63,511 bases of DNA, filler included, from Candidatus Tectimicrobiota bacterium (GCA_016193065.1; 4 parts of 4 records of this genome joined end to end with filler, not necessarily neighbours in it), one strand, 5' to 3'. Shown: positions 41,113 through 52,419, counted from the whole stretch's first letter. The notes: a model not told the origin generated them from the letters alone. Numbers and translations: made by a program.

Positions 41113-42298
41113 GCTGTTTTTGCCAGTCCTTATTGTGGTTGTGGTGCTCTCGAGCATGAGTGCCCGGGCTCAGGCCCCGGAACCCTCCTTGCCGAGTAAC
41201 CCCCTGGAGGGGCGCAATCTTTACGTCAGCAAGGGTTGCGTGAACTGCCACTCCGTCTGGGGAGAAGGAGGAACCCTCGGGCCCGATCTGGGCCGCGTGG
41301 GCACCGGGCGTAGCGTTCTCCAACTGGCGGGCATTCTCTGGAACCATTCCTTCCGGATCACCGAGCTCATGCGCGAGCGCAAGATGAATCGTCCGAACTT
41401 CACTCCCAAGGAGATGAGCAATCTGGTCTCCTATCTCTACTTTCTCAACTTCTTCGATGAGCCTGGAGATCCCGGGGAAGGAGAGCGGCTTTTCCAGGAG
41501 AAGAGGTGCGCCGCATGTCACACCGTGGGCGGCAAGGGAGGAAAGGTGGGTCCCCCTCTGGACAACTATCGCCGCTACATGTCCTCGATCTTCCTTGCCG
41601 AGTCCATGTGGAATCACGGCCCCGCGATCAGCGCCAAGATGAAGGAGATCGGAGTGCCCCGGCCGGCGCTGGCGGGGGCCGATCTGGCCAACTTGCTGGC
41701 CCACATCCGGGAGCATTCCCGGGCCGAAAGGTCGCAACCCGTTTATATGCTGCCCGGCAATCCGGCCGAAGGCAAAAAGGTCTTTGCCTCCAAAGTCTGC
41801 TCCCAGTGCCATGCGGTTTACGGAGTTGGGGGGAAAGTGGGACCCGACCTGGCGGCAATCAAGTTCAGACGCAGCATCTCCCAGGTGGGGGCCCTGTTTT
41901 GGAATCACGGTCCGCGCATGTGGGACGCTATGAAGGCCCGGGGGGTGGAATTTCCGAAATTTTCCGGCTCTCAGATGTCCGACCTGATTGCCTACCTCTA
42001 CTTCCTGCAATACTACGAGGATCGGGGGGACCTCCGGGTGGGAGCCCGGATCTTCAAGGAAAAGGGGTGCGCGAGCTGCCACAGCATGGCGGGATCTGGA
42101 CCCAAGGTCGGCCCCGATCTGAGCAGAACCAAAGCATTGGACTCCTCGACTCAATGGGCGTCCTCCATGTGGAACCACGAGGGCGTCATGGAAAAGAAAT
42201 CACGAGAACTCTCGACTCCCTGGCCTCGCTTTGATGGGAACGAGATGAGGGACATGGTGGAGTACCTCAAGTCGCTACGGGATGGCGCGCGGAAGTAA
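41093..42298 (+). CDS. tetraheme cytochrome c made of four tandem class-I-like domains
   Basis: signal peptide; CVNCH, CAACH, CSQCH, CASCH, each followed by GP(D/P)L and WNH. Confidence 0.9.
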   Translation: MARVWPKLFLPVLIVVVVLSSMSARAQAPEPSLPSNPLEGRNLYVSKGCVNCHSVWGEGGTLGPDLGRVGTGRSVLQLAGILWNHSFRITELMRERKMNRPNFTPKEMSNLVSYLYFLNFFDEPGDPGEGERLFQEKRCAACHTVGGKGGKVGPPLDNYRRYMSSIFLAESMWNHGPAISAKMKEIGVPRPALAGADLANLLAHIREHSRAERSQPVYMLPGNPAEGKKVFASKVCSQCHAVYGVGGKVGPDLAAIKFRRSISQVGALFWNHGPRMWDAMKARGVEFPKFSGSQMSDLIAYLYFLQYYEDRGDLRVGARIFKEKGCASCHSMAGSGPKVGPDLSRTKALDSSTQWASSMWNHEGVMEKKSRELSTPWPRFDGNEMRDMVEYLKSLRDGARK

Positions 42299-42436
42299 AT
42301 GGGGACCCTTCAACAATCAGCCGCCGGCCATCCGCATTCCGCTTTCCTGTAGCGAATTTTCACCTCGGGCGAATCGCTGACCCGTCGACTGCGGATGGGA
42401 GATCGGTGGCAAAGAATGCTCGGAAAGGAGAAGTGA

Positions 42437-42769
42437 GTGGTTAGGATCCTGGGAGGAGCGGCAGCATTTGTTGTGGTTATTCTCATGGCCGGTGGAGTTT
42501 ACGCTGCCGATGCGGCGGCCGGTAAGGCTGCTTATCAGAAGCGTTGTGTGGCCTGCCACGGCGCTGATGGCAAGGGCAACGTGGGGATGGCCAAGGCGCT
42601 GCAGGTGACGATCCCCGATTTCACCGACGCAGCCGTGGTGACCAAGCTCGGCAAGGATGGCATCCAAAAGACCGTAGCGAGCGGTAAGGGAAAAATGGCT
42701 GCCATCAAAGGCGTAAACAAGGAAGAGCTGGATAATATCGCCGCCTTTGTGGGTAGCCTGGCCAAGTAG
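42437..42769 (+). CDS. small monoheme cytochrome c (class I)
   Basis: signal peptide, CVACH, GKGKM distal Met. Confidence 0.9.
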   Translation: MVRILGGAAAFVVVILMAGGVYAADAAAGKAAYQKRCVACHGADGKGNVGMAKALQVTIPDFTDAAVVTKLGKDGIQKTVASGKGKMAAIKGVNKEELDNIAAFVGSLAK

Positions 42770-42946
42770 CGGTTTTGCGGTGTTTCAGAACCGCGCGGGG
42801 AACTTGAGCAGAGGATCGAGTGGCGCGGGGATGGGCTCTCTGCTCCAAGGCTCCTTTTACAGCGGGTGAAGGGTGGCTGTTCTCCCACGGGGGAGAAGGG
42901 TTCCCCGCGCGACACCCTTTTTCGGGTTTTTTCGAAAGGGAGAGCC

Positions 42947-44474
42947 ATGGGCCGCATGCTTTCCTCTCTACGGTTTAAGCTCTCCCTCTCCATCATCGCC
43001 ATCCTGGTGGTGGGGATTGGCATTACCGCCTGGGGAAACATCCAGATCCTCGACCGCCAGCTCCTGGAAATTGCCAAGGAGCGGGCTGACCTCCTGCTGG
43101 AGGACGTCCACGGGAACGTTGTGGCTGCCATGCTCAACAGGCAGCGCCAACTGATCCAGGAGCTCCTGGACGGACTCCGGGGGCATCGCGGGATCGTGGC
43201 CGTGCGCGTCCTCAATGAGCGAGGAATGGTCCAGTGGTCCAGCAATCCGCGGGAGGCGGGGGGGCTTTTTCCCGTGCAGGGCCTGCTGGATGCTCGCAAC
43301 GGGAATCGCTCCCTGCTCAGCGATCCGATAAGCGGGGATCCGCTTCTGCGCATGTCCCGGGTGATTCGAAANNNNNNNNNNNNNNAACGAGGAACGCTGC
43401 TTCGGCTGCCACAATCCCGCCAAGAAGATCAACGGGATTATCAGCGTGGACGTTTCCCTGGCCCCGATCCGCACCCGGATTAACGAGGTCCACAAAGTTC
43501 TACTGCCCTCGGCAGCCTTGACGGTGGTTGCCGTCTTTCTGGCTATCTGGTTCTCTTTGTCTCGCACAGTCACCCAACCTATCTCCCTACTCATAAAAGG
43601 CATGAGGCGTACCGAGACCGGCGACTTCTCCGCCCGGATTTCACTGCCGCGGCGGGACGAGCTGGGGCAACTGGCGGAGAGGTTCAACACCATGGGCGAG
43701 AAGCTCAGCTCGGCGCGGCGAGAGCTCGAGCAGTACCACCAGCAGCAGATGATGAGGGCGGAAAAGATGGTGTCCCTGGGGCAACTGGCCTCGAGCATCG
43801 CCCATGAAATTAAAAACCCCCTGGCGGGGATCAGCGGCGCCATGCAGGTGCTTGCCGCGGAGTTTCCCAAGGAGCACCCCAACCAGGTAATCGTCAAGGA
43901 AATCCGTGGGCAGGTGGACCGCCTGAACCAGGTGGTGCAAAACCTGCTGGACTTCGCCAAGCCTTCGCAGCCCCGCTTCGTGGAGGCGGATATTCACGAG
44001 ATCCTGGCCAGGGTCCTTTTTCTCGTCAAGCAGCAAGCCCGGGAATTGGGCATCGAGCTCCAGGAGCAATTCGGCCAAGATCTGCCCTCCCTGTGGGTCG
44101 ATGAAAAGCAGATCCAGCAGGTCTTCCTGAACGTTAGCCTCAACGCTCTTCAGGCCATGGGCTCCGGAGGGAAGTTGACCATCCGAACCCTTTCCCGGAC
44201 AGCCGACCGCGTGGCGGTAGAGTTCCAGGACACGGGGCCGGGAATCCCGCCCGAAATCCTGAACACCGTGTTTCAACCTTTCTTCACCACCAAGCCCAAA
44301 GGGACCGGGCTGGGGCTGGCCATTGCCCAGAGAATCATGCGAGAACATGGAGGGGAAATCCGGATTCTGAGCGAACCGGGGAAAGGGACGTGCTTCATCC
44401 TGCTGTTTTCCACCCAGAGAAGAAACGGCAGGGTGAGCCTGGAGAGGCAGGAGGAGTGGCATGCTGCCTTATGA
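42947..44474 (+). CDS. HAMP sensor histidine kinase with a periplasmic CxxCH; spans N gap 43372-43385
   Basis: two TM helices, NEERCFGCH at 43386-43412, DELG HAMP, AHEIKNPL, PFFTTK..GTGLGL. Confidence 0.9.
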
Positions 44475-45891
44475 GATCCTGATCGTAGACGACGAGAAAC
44501 TCATTCGCTGGTCTTTGTCCCAGGCGCTGGAAAAAGAAGGGTACCATGTCTTGACGGCTGAAGATGGGGAACAGGGTCTGGCTCTGGTCAAAGAAGAGGA
44601 CCCGGACCTGGTAATCCTCGACGTAAAGCTGCCGGGGCTCGACGGTCTCCAGGTGTTGGAAAAGATCCGGGAGTTTAATCCGGGAGTGGTGGTGATCATG
44701 CTGACGGCCTTCGATGCCCTGGAAATTGCCGTGGGAGCCATGAAGCTCGGGGCTTACGACTACATTCACAAGCCCTACGAGCTGGAGAAGGTCCAGGTCT
44801 GCATCAAGAATGCGCTGGAGACTGTCAAGCTGAAGAAGGAGGTCCAACAGCTTCAGGAGGAACAATCGAGCCGTTACGGCTTCAAGAACATCATCGGACA
44901 GACGGAGAACATGCGGCAGGTCTTTGAAACGGTCCGCCTGGTGGCCCGCAGTGATACCACGACCGTCCTGCTCCAGGGGGAGAGTGGCACGGGCAAGGAC
45001 TTAATTGCCAAGGCCATCCATTACCAGAGCTCGCGGCGGGATCATCCTTTCATGGAGATTGACTGTACTTCTCTGCCCGAGTCCCTGGCCGAAAGCGAGC
45101 TCTTTGGGCACGAGAAAGGGGCCTTCACGGACGCCAAGGTTCAAAAGAAAGGACTCTTTGAGCTGGCCAACGGGGGGACCGTTCTCCTGGACGAGATCGG
45201 CGACATGCCACTGGGGATCCAGTCCAAGCTCCTGAGGATTCTGGAAGAGCGGACCTGCAAGCGAGTCGGGGGCGTGCGTGACATCAAAGTGGACGTGCGG
45301 GTCATCGCGGCCACCCACGTGGATCTGGAGAAAGCGGTGACGGCGGGAAAGTTCCGGGAGGATCTGTACTACCGGCTCAAGGTGATCCCGATCTACATTC
45401 CCCCGCTGCGGGAGCGTCGAGATGACATTCCCTTGCTGGCCAAGTATTTTGTTCACATATACAGCAAGGAATTCAAGAAAAAGGTGAAAGGTCTGTCTGC
45501 GGAAACAATCCAACTCCTCCTGGAGTACGATTGGCCGGGCAATGTGCGCGAGCTGAGAAACGTCGTCGAGAGGGCAATCATCCTGGGCAACGAGGACTGG
45601 ATCATGCCCGATCAACTGCCTCGGGAGATTTTTGCCAAGACCAGCGAGTCCGCCAGGGAGGAGTTCTTTCGTCTTCCCGGAGCCGGGGTCAATCTGGAGG
45701 AAGTCGAAAAGGCGCTCATTGCCCAGGCCCTGAGCCGCACGTTGGGTAACCAGATCCAGGCTGCCAAGCTGCTGGGAATCTCCCGGGATACGCTGCGCTA
45801 CCGGATGAAGAAGTACAACCTGGGAGAAGAGGAGGTCGTACGCTCCCACGAGGAGCCTGAAGGGGATTCCCTGGCGGGCTTCGCCATTTAG
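44461..45891 (+). CDS. sigma54-dependent (NtrC-family) response regulator
   Basis: REC domain, GESGTGK, GAFTDA, WPGNVREL, Fis-type HTH. Confidence 0.95.
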   Translation: MLPYEILIVDDEKLIRWSLSQALEKEGYHVLTAEDGEQGLALVKEEDPDLVILDVKLPGLDGLQVLEKIREFNPGVVVIMLTAFDALEIAVGAMKLGAYDYIHKPYELEKVQVCIKNALETVKLKKEVQQLQEEQSSRYGFKNIIGQTENMRQVFETVRLVARSDTTTVLLQGESGTGKDLIAKAIHYQSSRRDHPFMEIDCTSLPESLAESELFGHEKGAFTDAKVQKKGLFELANGGTVLLDEIGDMPLGIQSKLLRILEERTCKRVGGVRDIKVDVRVIAATHVDLEKAVTAGKFREDLYYRLKVIPIYIPPLRERRDDIPLLAKYFVHIYSKEFKKKVKGLSAETIQLLLEYDWPGNVRELRNVVERAIILGNEDWIMPDQLPREIFAKTSESAREEFFRLPGAGVNLEEVEKALIAQALSRTLGNQIQAAKLLGISRDTLRYRMKKYNLGEEEVVRSHEEPEGDSLAGFAI

Positions 45892-46000
45892 CGATTAGCC
45901 CCGATCCGACACTAATCAGCCCAAGAAATCCTTGCAGATGAGCCTCGGATCAGGGGGAAAATCTGTTTATGCGATGAATCAACAACCCACCCTTTTGAGA

Positions 46001-46465
46001 CTACTTTTCGGCAATGAGAAAGCCCTTGCGCTCCTCAGCGGTCAGCTCGGCTTTCCTTTTCAAAGTCCAGTTCCCCACCCAGGCCTTGAAAGTCTGGAGA
46101 TTCTTCTTCCTTTCCTCGTCGCCAGCTCCGAGAAACTGATGCATGTTCCCAGGCTTGCCGTCCTTCGTGCTCTTCCCGTCATCGAGCCGTCTCATGATGG
46201 CCCCGGCGTCGCCTCCGTTGACAAAATCCACCAGGAGCTTGTAGCTATCCATCCGGGGGCCCTTCATCTCCTTGGTGTATTTTTCCTTGTTTTTGTCAAA
46301 TTCCTCAATGAGAGGGGCCGCCGCGCCGTGGCATGCGATGCATTTGGCCTTCCACAAGGGCTCAATGTCCTTTGCATAGGTGGCCTTCTGGGCGAATCCT
46401 GTCGCCGGGAGAAGAGCAAGGCTTACGAAGATCGTCCATGCTACGGCTGAACTGCGGCTTTTCAT
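46001..46465 (-). CDS. monoheme cytochrome c of unknown function
   Basis: signal peptide, CIACH. Confidence 0.8.
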   Translation of the reverse strand: MKSRSSAVAWTIFVSLALLPATGFAQKATYAKDIEPLWKAKCIACHGAAAPLIEEFDKNKEKYTKEMKGPRMDSYKLLVDFVNGGDAGAIMRRLDDGKSTKDGKPGNMHQFLGAGDEERKKNLQTFKAWVGNWTLKRKAELTAEERKGFLIAEK

Positions 46466-46823
46466 AGGACCCTCCTCTGTGTTTGAGAAGACCCAACCCC
46501 TGGTGCAGGAGACCCCGCCTCCCCTGAAAAAACAGGCCGTAGGGCTCAGGCCTCAACGATCAAAAATGCCTCTTTGGTCAATTTACTCTCAGGGAGGAAG
46601 GCAATCAATGTGCCTTTCGGCCTATTCCTGCGGGGAAAAAGAGGGGATGAAGGTAGTCCTTTGGGCCACCGTCAGAGTGTGGTTCCCAACCATGGGGACT
46701 TCTCCTTGCCCCAGAGGATACCGAGGTCTGCTGGATTGGAAGTTGATTTCACATGTTTCCGGTGTTATAGTTCAACCAAATCCCAGCCTTACAATGTCTG
46801 GATTAGAGGTGGAAACCCCTGTA

Positions 46824-48752
46824 ATGGCTTGGTTACCACGGGCGGATCACAACCAGAAGAACCCTTTTTCTGGACGCATCAGCGCCAAGCTCTCACTTTG
46901 CTTCTCAGTTTTGCTGCTCCTCTTTCTCGCCGTGGGAGCAATATCCCTCCTGTTGGCCCGATCCATCTCCGAAATCCCCTCCGAGGTGGCATCGGAAACC
47001 CGGCACATTGAGGTGACGGAAGACATCCACTCGACGATTCAGCGCCTCATCCATGGGATCGATCGCGTTGCCAGCAGCTCCCCGGACGGGATTGACTCCA
47101 TTAAGACCCTGGAGAAAAGGTTATTGGATGCGCTGGAGGGCTTCTACCTGGAGCACATAAGTGAAAAAGAACCTTTCCCTGAAAAGCACCAGGAAATCAA
47201 CCTCATCGAGAGGCTCCGCAGCGAAACGGCAGCCCTCAGCGCCACCAGGGAGAGGATCCTGGCAGCCATCGAAGATGGGGAGGAACCCGATCCTACAGAT
47301 CTCGCCGCACTCGACGGGATCAGCAACAACGCCCCTTCCCTTACTCAACAGTTGAACAGTGTCCACTGGAGCAAGGTTCGACGCCTCAATGAACGCAATC
47401 GTTGGACCATGTCCCTCCTGGTCAAGGTTTATCTTGCCTGCTTTTTAATTGGTACGGCTCTCGTGGGTGTAAGCAGTGCGATCTTGTTCCGGAAGATTTC
47501 TTCCCCCCTGCGCCGGCTGGCTGCGGCTACCATATCCGTTTCTCAGGGAGACCTCAGCAAGCGCATGGACTTAGAATCCAATGACGAGATCGGGCAGCTC
47601 TCTCAATCCTTCAACACGATGGCCGCGACCCTTGAAGAACACGAGCGGGAACTCAACGGGCTTAACGCCATGCTGGAACGGAAGGTAAAGGAAACCCAGG
47701 CTCTCTACCGAATCGGGACCGAGATCTCAAGCTCCCTGGAACTCAATCAAATCCTTCACTCCGTGGTCGAAAAAGCAAAGGAGCTACTGCAAGCCGACTG
47801 TGCCGCTCTTTGTATGTTCGACGATGGCATTCGCGAAGCCGGCCTGAAGGTCACGAGTGGACCGGCCTTGGCCTTTGTTTGCAAAACGATCTCAACAGAG
47901 CCAGGGCCGGCGGAAGACCAAAGCACCTGCCTTTCCAGCGAAACGTGCGTGCCAGGCAACGCTCCGGAATCAAAATTAACCTGTAAATTCTTTAACTCCA
48001 CTTACGTGCGCTCTCATCTGGCCGCTCCGCTCAAGAAAAGGGATAAAACGCTCGGCGCATTGTGCGTGGGGCGCTGCGAGAACCGGGAGTACCGGGAAGT
48101 TCGAAATCTTGCCGCGGTCGAGGAGCGAGAGCGCATCGCCCGCGAAATGCACGATGGGTTGGCCCAAGCCTTGGGACTCATCTACCTCCGCATTGATCGG
48201 TTGCAAGAGCTCGGCACCGGGGCAGCCCCTAGACTCGAACACGAGTTGGAAGGAGTGAAGAAAATCGCCGAGAATGCTTACGACGAAGTCCGACAATCGA
48301 TCTTCGGCTTGAGGACTCAAGTTTCCCGGGGCCGCAAGCTTCTCCCGGTTCTCACCGAGTACCTTCATGAGTTCAGCACCCAGACCAACATCAATGTGAG
48401 CCTCGTGGCAGATGATGACCGGGCAGTTCAATTTTCCCCTGCGGTGGAAGTTCAACTGATCCGAATTATCCAGGAGGCTCTCACCAACGTCCGGAAACAC
48501 GCCATGGCCACCAGAGCGGTCGTGAATTTTTGCCGCAACGGGGACCGCGCCCGGGTCACCGTGGAGGACAACGGCAGAGGCTTCAAGATGAGCGAGGTCT
48601 CCTCTAACGGTGGAAATCATTTCGGCCTTCATACCATGCGGGAGCGGGCCCAATCCATCGGGGGGTCCTTGGAGGTCAAGTCTTCTCACGAGCGGGGAAC
48701 GATGATAACCGTCGAGTTCCCCATTCCATCTATTGAGGAATACCAGGGATGA
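46824..48752 (+). CDS. NarX-like (HisKA_3) sensor kinase with HAMP and GAF domains
   Basis: two TM helices, DEIG, EERERIAREMHD, QEALTNVRKHA, DNGRGF; the GAF-to-kinase linker appears deleted near 48090. Confidence 0.9.
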   Translation: MAWLPRADHNQKNPFSGRISAKLSLCFSVLLLLFLAVGAISLLLARSISEIPSEVASETRHIEVTEDIHSTIQRLIHGIDRVASSSPDGIDSIKTLEKRLLDALEGFYLEHISEKEPFPEKHQEINLIERLRSETAALSATRERILAAIEDGEEPDPTDLAALDGISNNAPSLTQQLNSVHWSKVRRLNERNRWTMSLLVKVYLACFLIGTALVGVSSAILFRKISSPLRRLAAATISVSQGDLSKRMDLESNDEIGQLSQSFNTMAATLEEHERELNGLNAMLERKVKETQALYRIGTEISSSLELNQILHSVVEKAKELLQADCAALCMFDDGIREAGLKVTSGPALAFVCKTISTEPGPAEDQSTCLSSETCVPGNAPESKLTCKFFNSTYVRSHLAAPLKKRDKTLGALCVGRCENREYREVRNLAAVEERERIAREMHDGLAQALGLIYLRIDRLQELGTGAAPRLEHELEGVKKIAENAYDEVRQSIFGLRTQVSRGRKLLPVLTEYLHEFSTQTNINVSLVADDDRAVQFSPAVEVQLIRIIQEALTNVRKHAMATRAVVNFCRNGDRARVTVEDNGRGFKMSEVSSNGGNHFGLHTMRERAQSIGGSLEVKSSHERGTMITVEFPIPSIEEYQG

Positions 48753-49423
48753 AGCCCATCCGGGTTCTGGTGGTTGACGATCACCCTCTGTTTCGGCAAG
48801 GGGTCGCGAGCTTATTGCGCGAGCAGACCGATATGGAGATCGTCGGGGAAGCGGAAGACGGGGCACAGGCGTTGAATCGGATCCAAGCACTTCTACCCGA
48901 CGTGATCCTGATGGATATCCAGATGCCGATCGTCGACGGAATCGAGGCCACCCGGAAGATCAAGGAGATCTTGCCCAACTCAAAGGTGATTATCCTCACG
49001 GTCGCGGAGGAGGAACACAGCCTGTTCGAAGCAATTAAAAGCGGCGCCGACGGATACCTGTTAAAAAAGATCGGCTCCCAGGCGCTGTTGCAAGCGATCC
49101 GGGGGGTTTTCCACGGGGAAGCCTCTATCTCCAGCTCCATGGCAGCCAAGATCCTGAAGGAATTCTCCGAGCAGTCACGGCGCGGCAAATCCAAAGAAGA
49201 AACCCCCGATGAATTGAGCCCGCGAGAGACGGAAGTTCTCGACCTGGTAACCCAGGGACAGACCAACAAAGAAATCGCCGCTGCGCTCGCAATCAGCGAG
49301 GGGACCGTGAAAAATCACATGCGCAACATCATGGACAAGTTACACTTGCGCAACCGGGCCCAGGCCGCAGTCTACGCGCTGCGCCAGGGTCTGGTCTCCA
49401 AAAAGCCCCCCAGCCTCGACTAA
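48749..49423 (+). CDS. NarL/LuxR-family response regulator
   Basis: VVDDH, LMDI, GYLLK, LSPRE..NKEIA..TVKNH. Confidence 0.95.
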   Translation: MKPIRVLVVDDHPLFRQGVASLLREQTDMEIVGEAEDGAQALNRIQALLPDVILMDIQMPIVDGIEATRKIKEILPNSKVIILTVAEEEHSLFEAIKSGADGYLLKKIGSQALLQAIRGVFHGEASISSSMAAKILKEFSEQSRRGKSKEETPDELSPRETEVLDLVTQGQTNKEIAAALAISEGTVKNHMRNIMDKLHLRNRAQAAVYALRQGLVSKKPPSLD

Positions 49424-49622
49424 CTCCCCGCCTTGGCCGAAAGTACTACGGGAGCTAAGCCTTTTTTGCCGGGAAAATGTGCCTTTCGACGGATTTACTC
49501 GCACGCTGAGCTCACTACATTAACGGTGAGATTCAACGCAACCCGAGTACCCCTCACACTCCTTAAGTCCATCCAAGTCGCGCCCTCCAGGAGGTACGGA
49601 CGGTGCGGGAAAGGAGGCGGCC

Positions 49623-50471
49623 ATGTGGAGAACGCTGGGCACTACTCTGGTTACCCTCTGGCTGATTTCCTTATTGCTCCCCCCGGAGACTGAAGCCCGG
49701 GCAGCTTCCTCCGACCCGGTAGCCCGGGGGAAATATATCTTTGCCGCCGCCGGAGGGTGCGCCTGTCATACCTCGCCCGCTTCTGAGGGAAAGCCGAACG
49801 CCGGGGGCAAGAAAATCACGGGGCCTTTCGGAACCGTCTACGCCTCCAATATCACTCCGGACATTGAGACAGGGATTGGCCGGTGGAGCCAGGAGGAAAT
49901 CATCAATGCAATACGGCGGGGCGTGAGGCCAACGGGAGAAAAAATGTATCCGGTGATGCCTTATCAGTACTACAGTTTCATGGCCATGGAGGATCTCAAG
50001 GCTCTCGTTGCCTACCTGATGACCTTCCCGCCAATCCGAAACCGGGTTCCAACGTCTCAACTCCGAGTTCAAGTCCCGAACCTTGCGGTCCCGGATCCCC
50101 CCCAGAAAGCGCCACGCTCAGGGATTGAGCGGGGTCGCTATCTAGTGGATGCCATCTCAGCCTGTGGAGATTGTCACACGGGAAAAACCCCCCGCCATCC
50201 CTATCTTGCCGGTACCCTCTCGGGTCCTGAAGACACCCCCGTCCCCAATATTACTCCCGACCCCAGCACGGGGATCAGCCGGTGGACAAAGGCCCAGGTC
50301 GTCAAATACCTACGCACGGGCGAACGGCCGGATGGCCGCAGGGCCAATCGGATCATGATGGAAGTGATCCAGGGAACGTTGGTGGGTTACAAAGACATGA
50401 CGAGGCAGGACTTGGAGGCTACCGCGGATTACTTACGATCTGTATACCCGGTCCGTTTTGCCCCCCAATAG
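49623..50471 (+). CDS. diheme cytochrome c (alcohol/gluconate dehydrogenase cytochrome-like) with contracted first motif
   Basis: GGCACH and CGDCH, two NITPD..TGI repeats, PVMPY. Confidence 0.85.
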   Translation: MWRTLGTTLVTLWLISLLLPPETEARAASSDPVARGKYIFAAAGGCACHTSPASEGKPNAGGKKITGPFGTVYASNITPDIETGIGRWSQEEIINAIRRGVRPTGEKMYPVMPYQYYSFMAMEDLKALVAYLMTFPPIRNRVPTSQLRVQVPNLAVPDPPQKAPRSGIERGRYLVDAISACGDCHTGKTPRHPYLAGTLSGPEDTPVPNITPDPSTGISRWTKAQVVKYLRTGERPDGRRANRIMMEVIQGTLVGYKDMTRQDLEATADYLRSVYPVRFAPQ

Positions 50472-50489
50472 GAGAAAAGAGAGGAATTC

Positions 50490-52418
50490 GTGCCGGAAAA
50501 GGAGACAATCGCCAAACGGTTTCGGGCAAAGATTCGCGACCTGCGCTGGTTCAGGGAAAACATCCCATGCCTGGCAGCGTGCCCTGTGAAAACCGACGCG
50601 GGCAGGTACGTGCAGTTGATCGCCGAGGGTCGCTATGAGGATTCCTACCGGGTCGCCCGGGCGCCGAACCCGATTGCCTCCGTGTGCGGGCGCACCTGCG
50701 GGGCACCTTGCGAAGATGCCTGCCGGAGAGGGAAAATCGATGAACCCGTGGCCATCCGGCCACTCAAACGCTTTGTCACCGAGCGCTACGGACCTGAATC
50801 TCTGTACCCGCCCCCTTTTGAAGAGTTGTTCCCGCCGGAGGCGGATCTCGGCAGCGAAGTCGATTGGGGCGCTAGATCCCTCATGAAAAGAGGCGGCCCG
50901 GGTGCCTCTTCCCAAAAGGTTGCGGTGGTCGGGGCTGGGCCCGCGAGCCTGGCCTGTGCCCACGACCTGGCCCTCATGGGATACCAGGTGACAGTCTTCG
51001 AAGCCATGGACAAACCGGGGGGGATGATGCGCTATGGGATACCCGAGTACCGCCTCCCCCGGGAGATCATTGATCGCGAAGTTGGAGTCTTGGAATCCCT
51101 CGGCGTTGAGTTTCGCTACCGCACCCCCCTCACGGAGTCTTTTGGCATCGCAGACCTGCGGCGTCTAGGCTACAAGGCGATCTTTCTCGGTGTCGGAGCG
51201 GGCCGCGGCCGGGATCTCAAGATTATTGGGAACGACCTGGACGGCACCATCAAAGCAATTGACTTCCTCCTTAACATCAACCGCGGTTATCGGGTCACGG
51301 TGGGCAGAAAAGTCGTAGTTGTCGGAGGAGGCTTGGTAGCCCTTGATGCAGCCCGAACGGCCATCCGAGCCGCGGCAGGCAAAGTGGCTGAAGAAGAAGT
51401 CGGAGGAACCGCTTTTCGAGTGGCGCTGGATGCGGCCAGAGAGGCGGTGAGACGAGGGGCACTGGAAGTCACCGTGGCCAGCCTTGAATCTCTCGACGAG
51501 ATGCCGGCCATGAAAACCGTGCAGGGCCGGGAAGAGATGGAAATCTCCCAGGGAGAGGGGATTCACTTTCTGCCCTCCTGGGGTCCCAGGCGGGTGATTG
51601 GAAAATCCGGAAAGGTGAGTGCTCTTGAACTCGTGCGCTGCACCCGGGTCTTTGACGAAAACGGACGGTTCAACCCCAGATTCGATGAAAATGAAACCAT
51701 GATGATTGAGACGGAAACATTGATCCTGGCCATCGGCCAAGCCCCCGATCTTTCCTTTTTGCGACCCGAGGATGGGATCAAAGTCAGCCCCGCGGGGACC
51801 ATCGAGGTCAATCCTGAAACCATGGAAACCTCATGTCCCGGCATCTTCGCGGGGGGAGACGGGTCCTTTCCGCCCACCCTGTTGATCACGGTGGCGGCTC
51901 ATGGGAAACGGGCAGCTCTTTCCATTGATGCCTGCTTGAAGAGTCAGCTTCCTGCCAAGCTCGAACTAAAAACTACTGTGGAAGAGATCCCCACGGCCAG
52001 CCACCGCATGGCCCCGCACTACGAAACGATCCCAAGATACATCCCCACGCTCCCCCTGGAGCGCAGGACGGGAATTGCCGAGGTCGAACAGTGCTATTCG
52101 GAAAGCCAGGCCCGCACTCAGGCACAGCGCTGCCTCTATTGCCATATACACCCCATCTACGATAGTGACAAATGCGTCCTGTGCGGGCGCTGCGCCGATA
52201 TCTGCCCCGAATACTGCATTACGTTCGCCCCATTCACGGCGCTGGAACTGGATGCCGACGAGTACCGCAGGGCCCTGGAAGGATGTGGAAGCGGCCCAGG
52301 CGTAGAGCTGACCGCATTCCTCTACGACGAGACCAAATGCATCCGTTGCGGTCTGTGCGCGATCCGTTGCCCTACCGGTGCAATTACTATGGAGCGATTT
52401 AGTTTTCAGGAGGCCTAA
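50490..52418 (+). CDS. GltD/NfnL-family FAD/Fe-S NAD(P)H oxidoreductase with C-terminal 2x[4Fe-4S]
   Basis: [72 protein letters not shown]. Confidence 0.9.
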   Translation: MPEKETIAKRFRAKIRDLRWFRENIPCLAACPVKTDAGRYVQLIAEGRYEDSYRVARAPNPIASVCGRTCGAPCEDACRRGKIDEPVAIRPLKRFVTERYGPESLYPPPFEELFPPEADLGSEVDWGARSLMKRGGPGASSQKVAVVGAGPASLACAHDLALMGYQVTVFEAMDKPGGMMRYGIPEYRLPREIIDREVGVLESLGVEFRYRTPLTESFGIADLRRLGYKAIFLGVGAGRGRDLKIIGNDLDGTIKAIDFLLNINRGYRVTVGRKVVVVGGGLVALDAARTAIRAAAGKVAEEEVGGTAFRVALDAAREAVRRGALEVTVASLESLDEMPAMKTVQGREEMEISQGEGIHFLPSWGPRRVIGKSGKVSALELVRCTRVFDENGRFNPRFDENETMMIETETLILAIGQAPDLSFLRPEDGIKVSPAGTIEVNPETMETSCPGIFAGGDGSFPPTLLITVAAHGKRAALSIDACLKSQLPAKLELKTTVEEIPTASHRMAPHYETIPRYIPTLPLERRTGIAEVEQCYSESQARTQAQRCLYCHIHPIYDSDKCVLCGRCADICPEYCITFAPFTALELDADEYRRALEGCGSGPGVELTAFLYDETKCIRCGLCAIRCPTGAITMERFSFQEA

Positions 52419-52419
52419 G

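Noticed and set aside
42400-42420. sigma54 promoter TGGCAAAGAATGC before the small cytochrome
   Set aside because: GG-to-GC spacing is 8 nt rather than the required 10
49430-49620. NarL-type heptamer sites upstream of the Rieske/cytb operon
   Set aside because: Only isolated TAC-containing matches, with no convincing 7-2-7 arrangement
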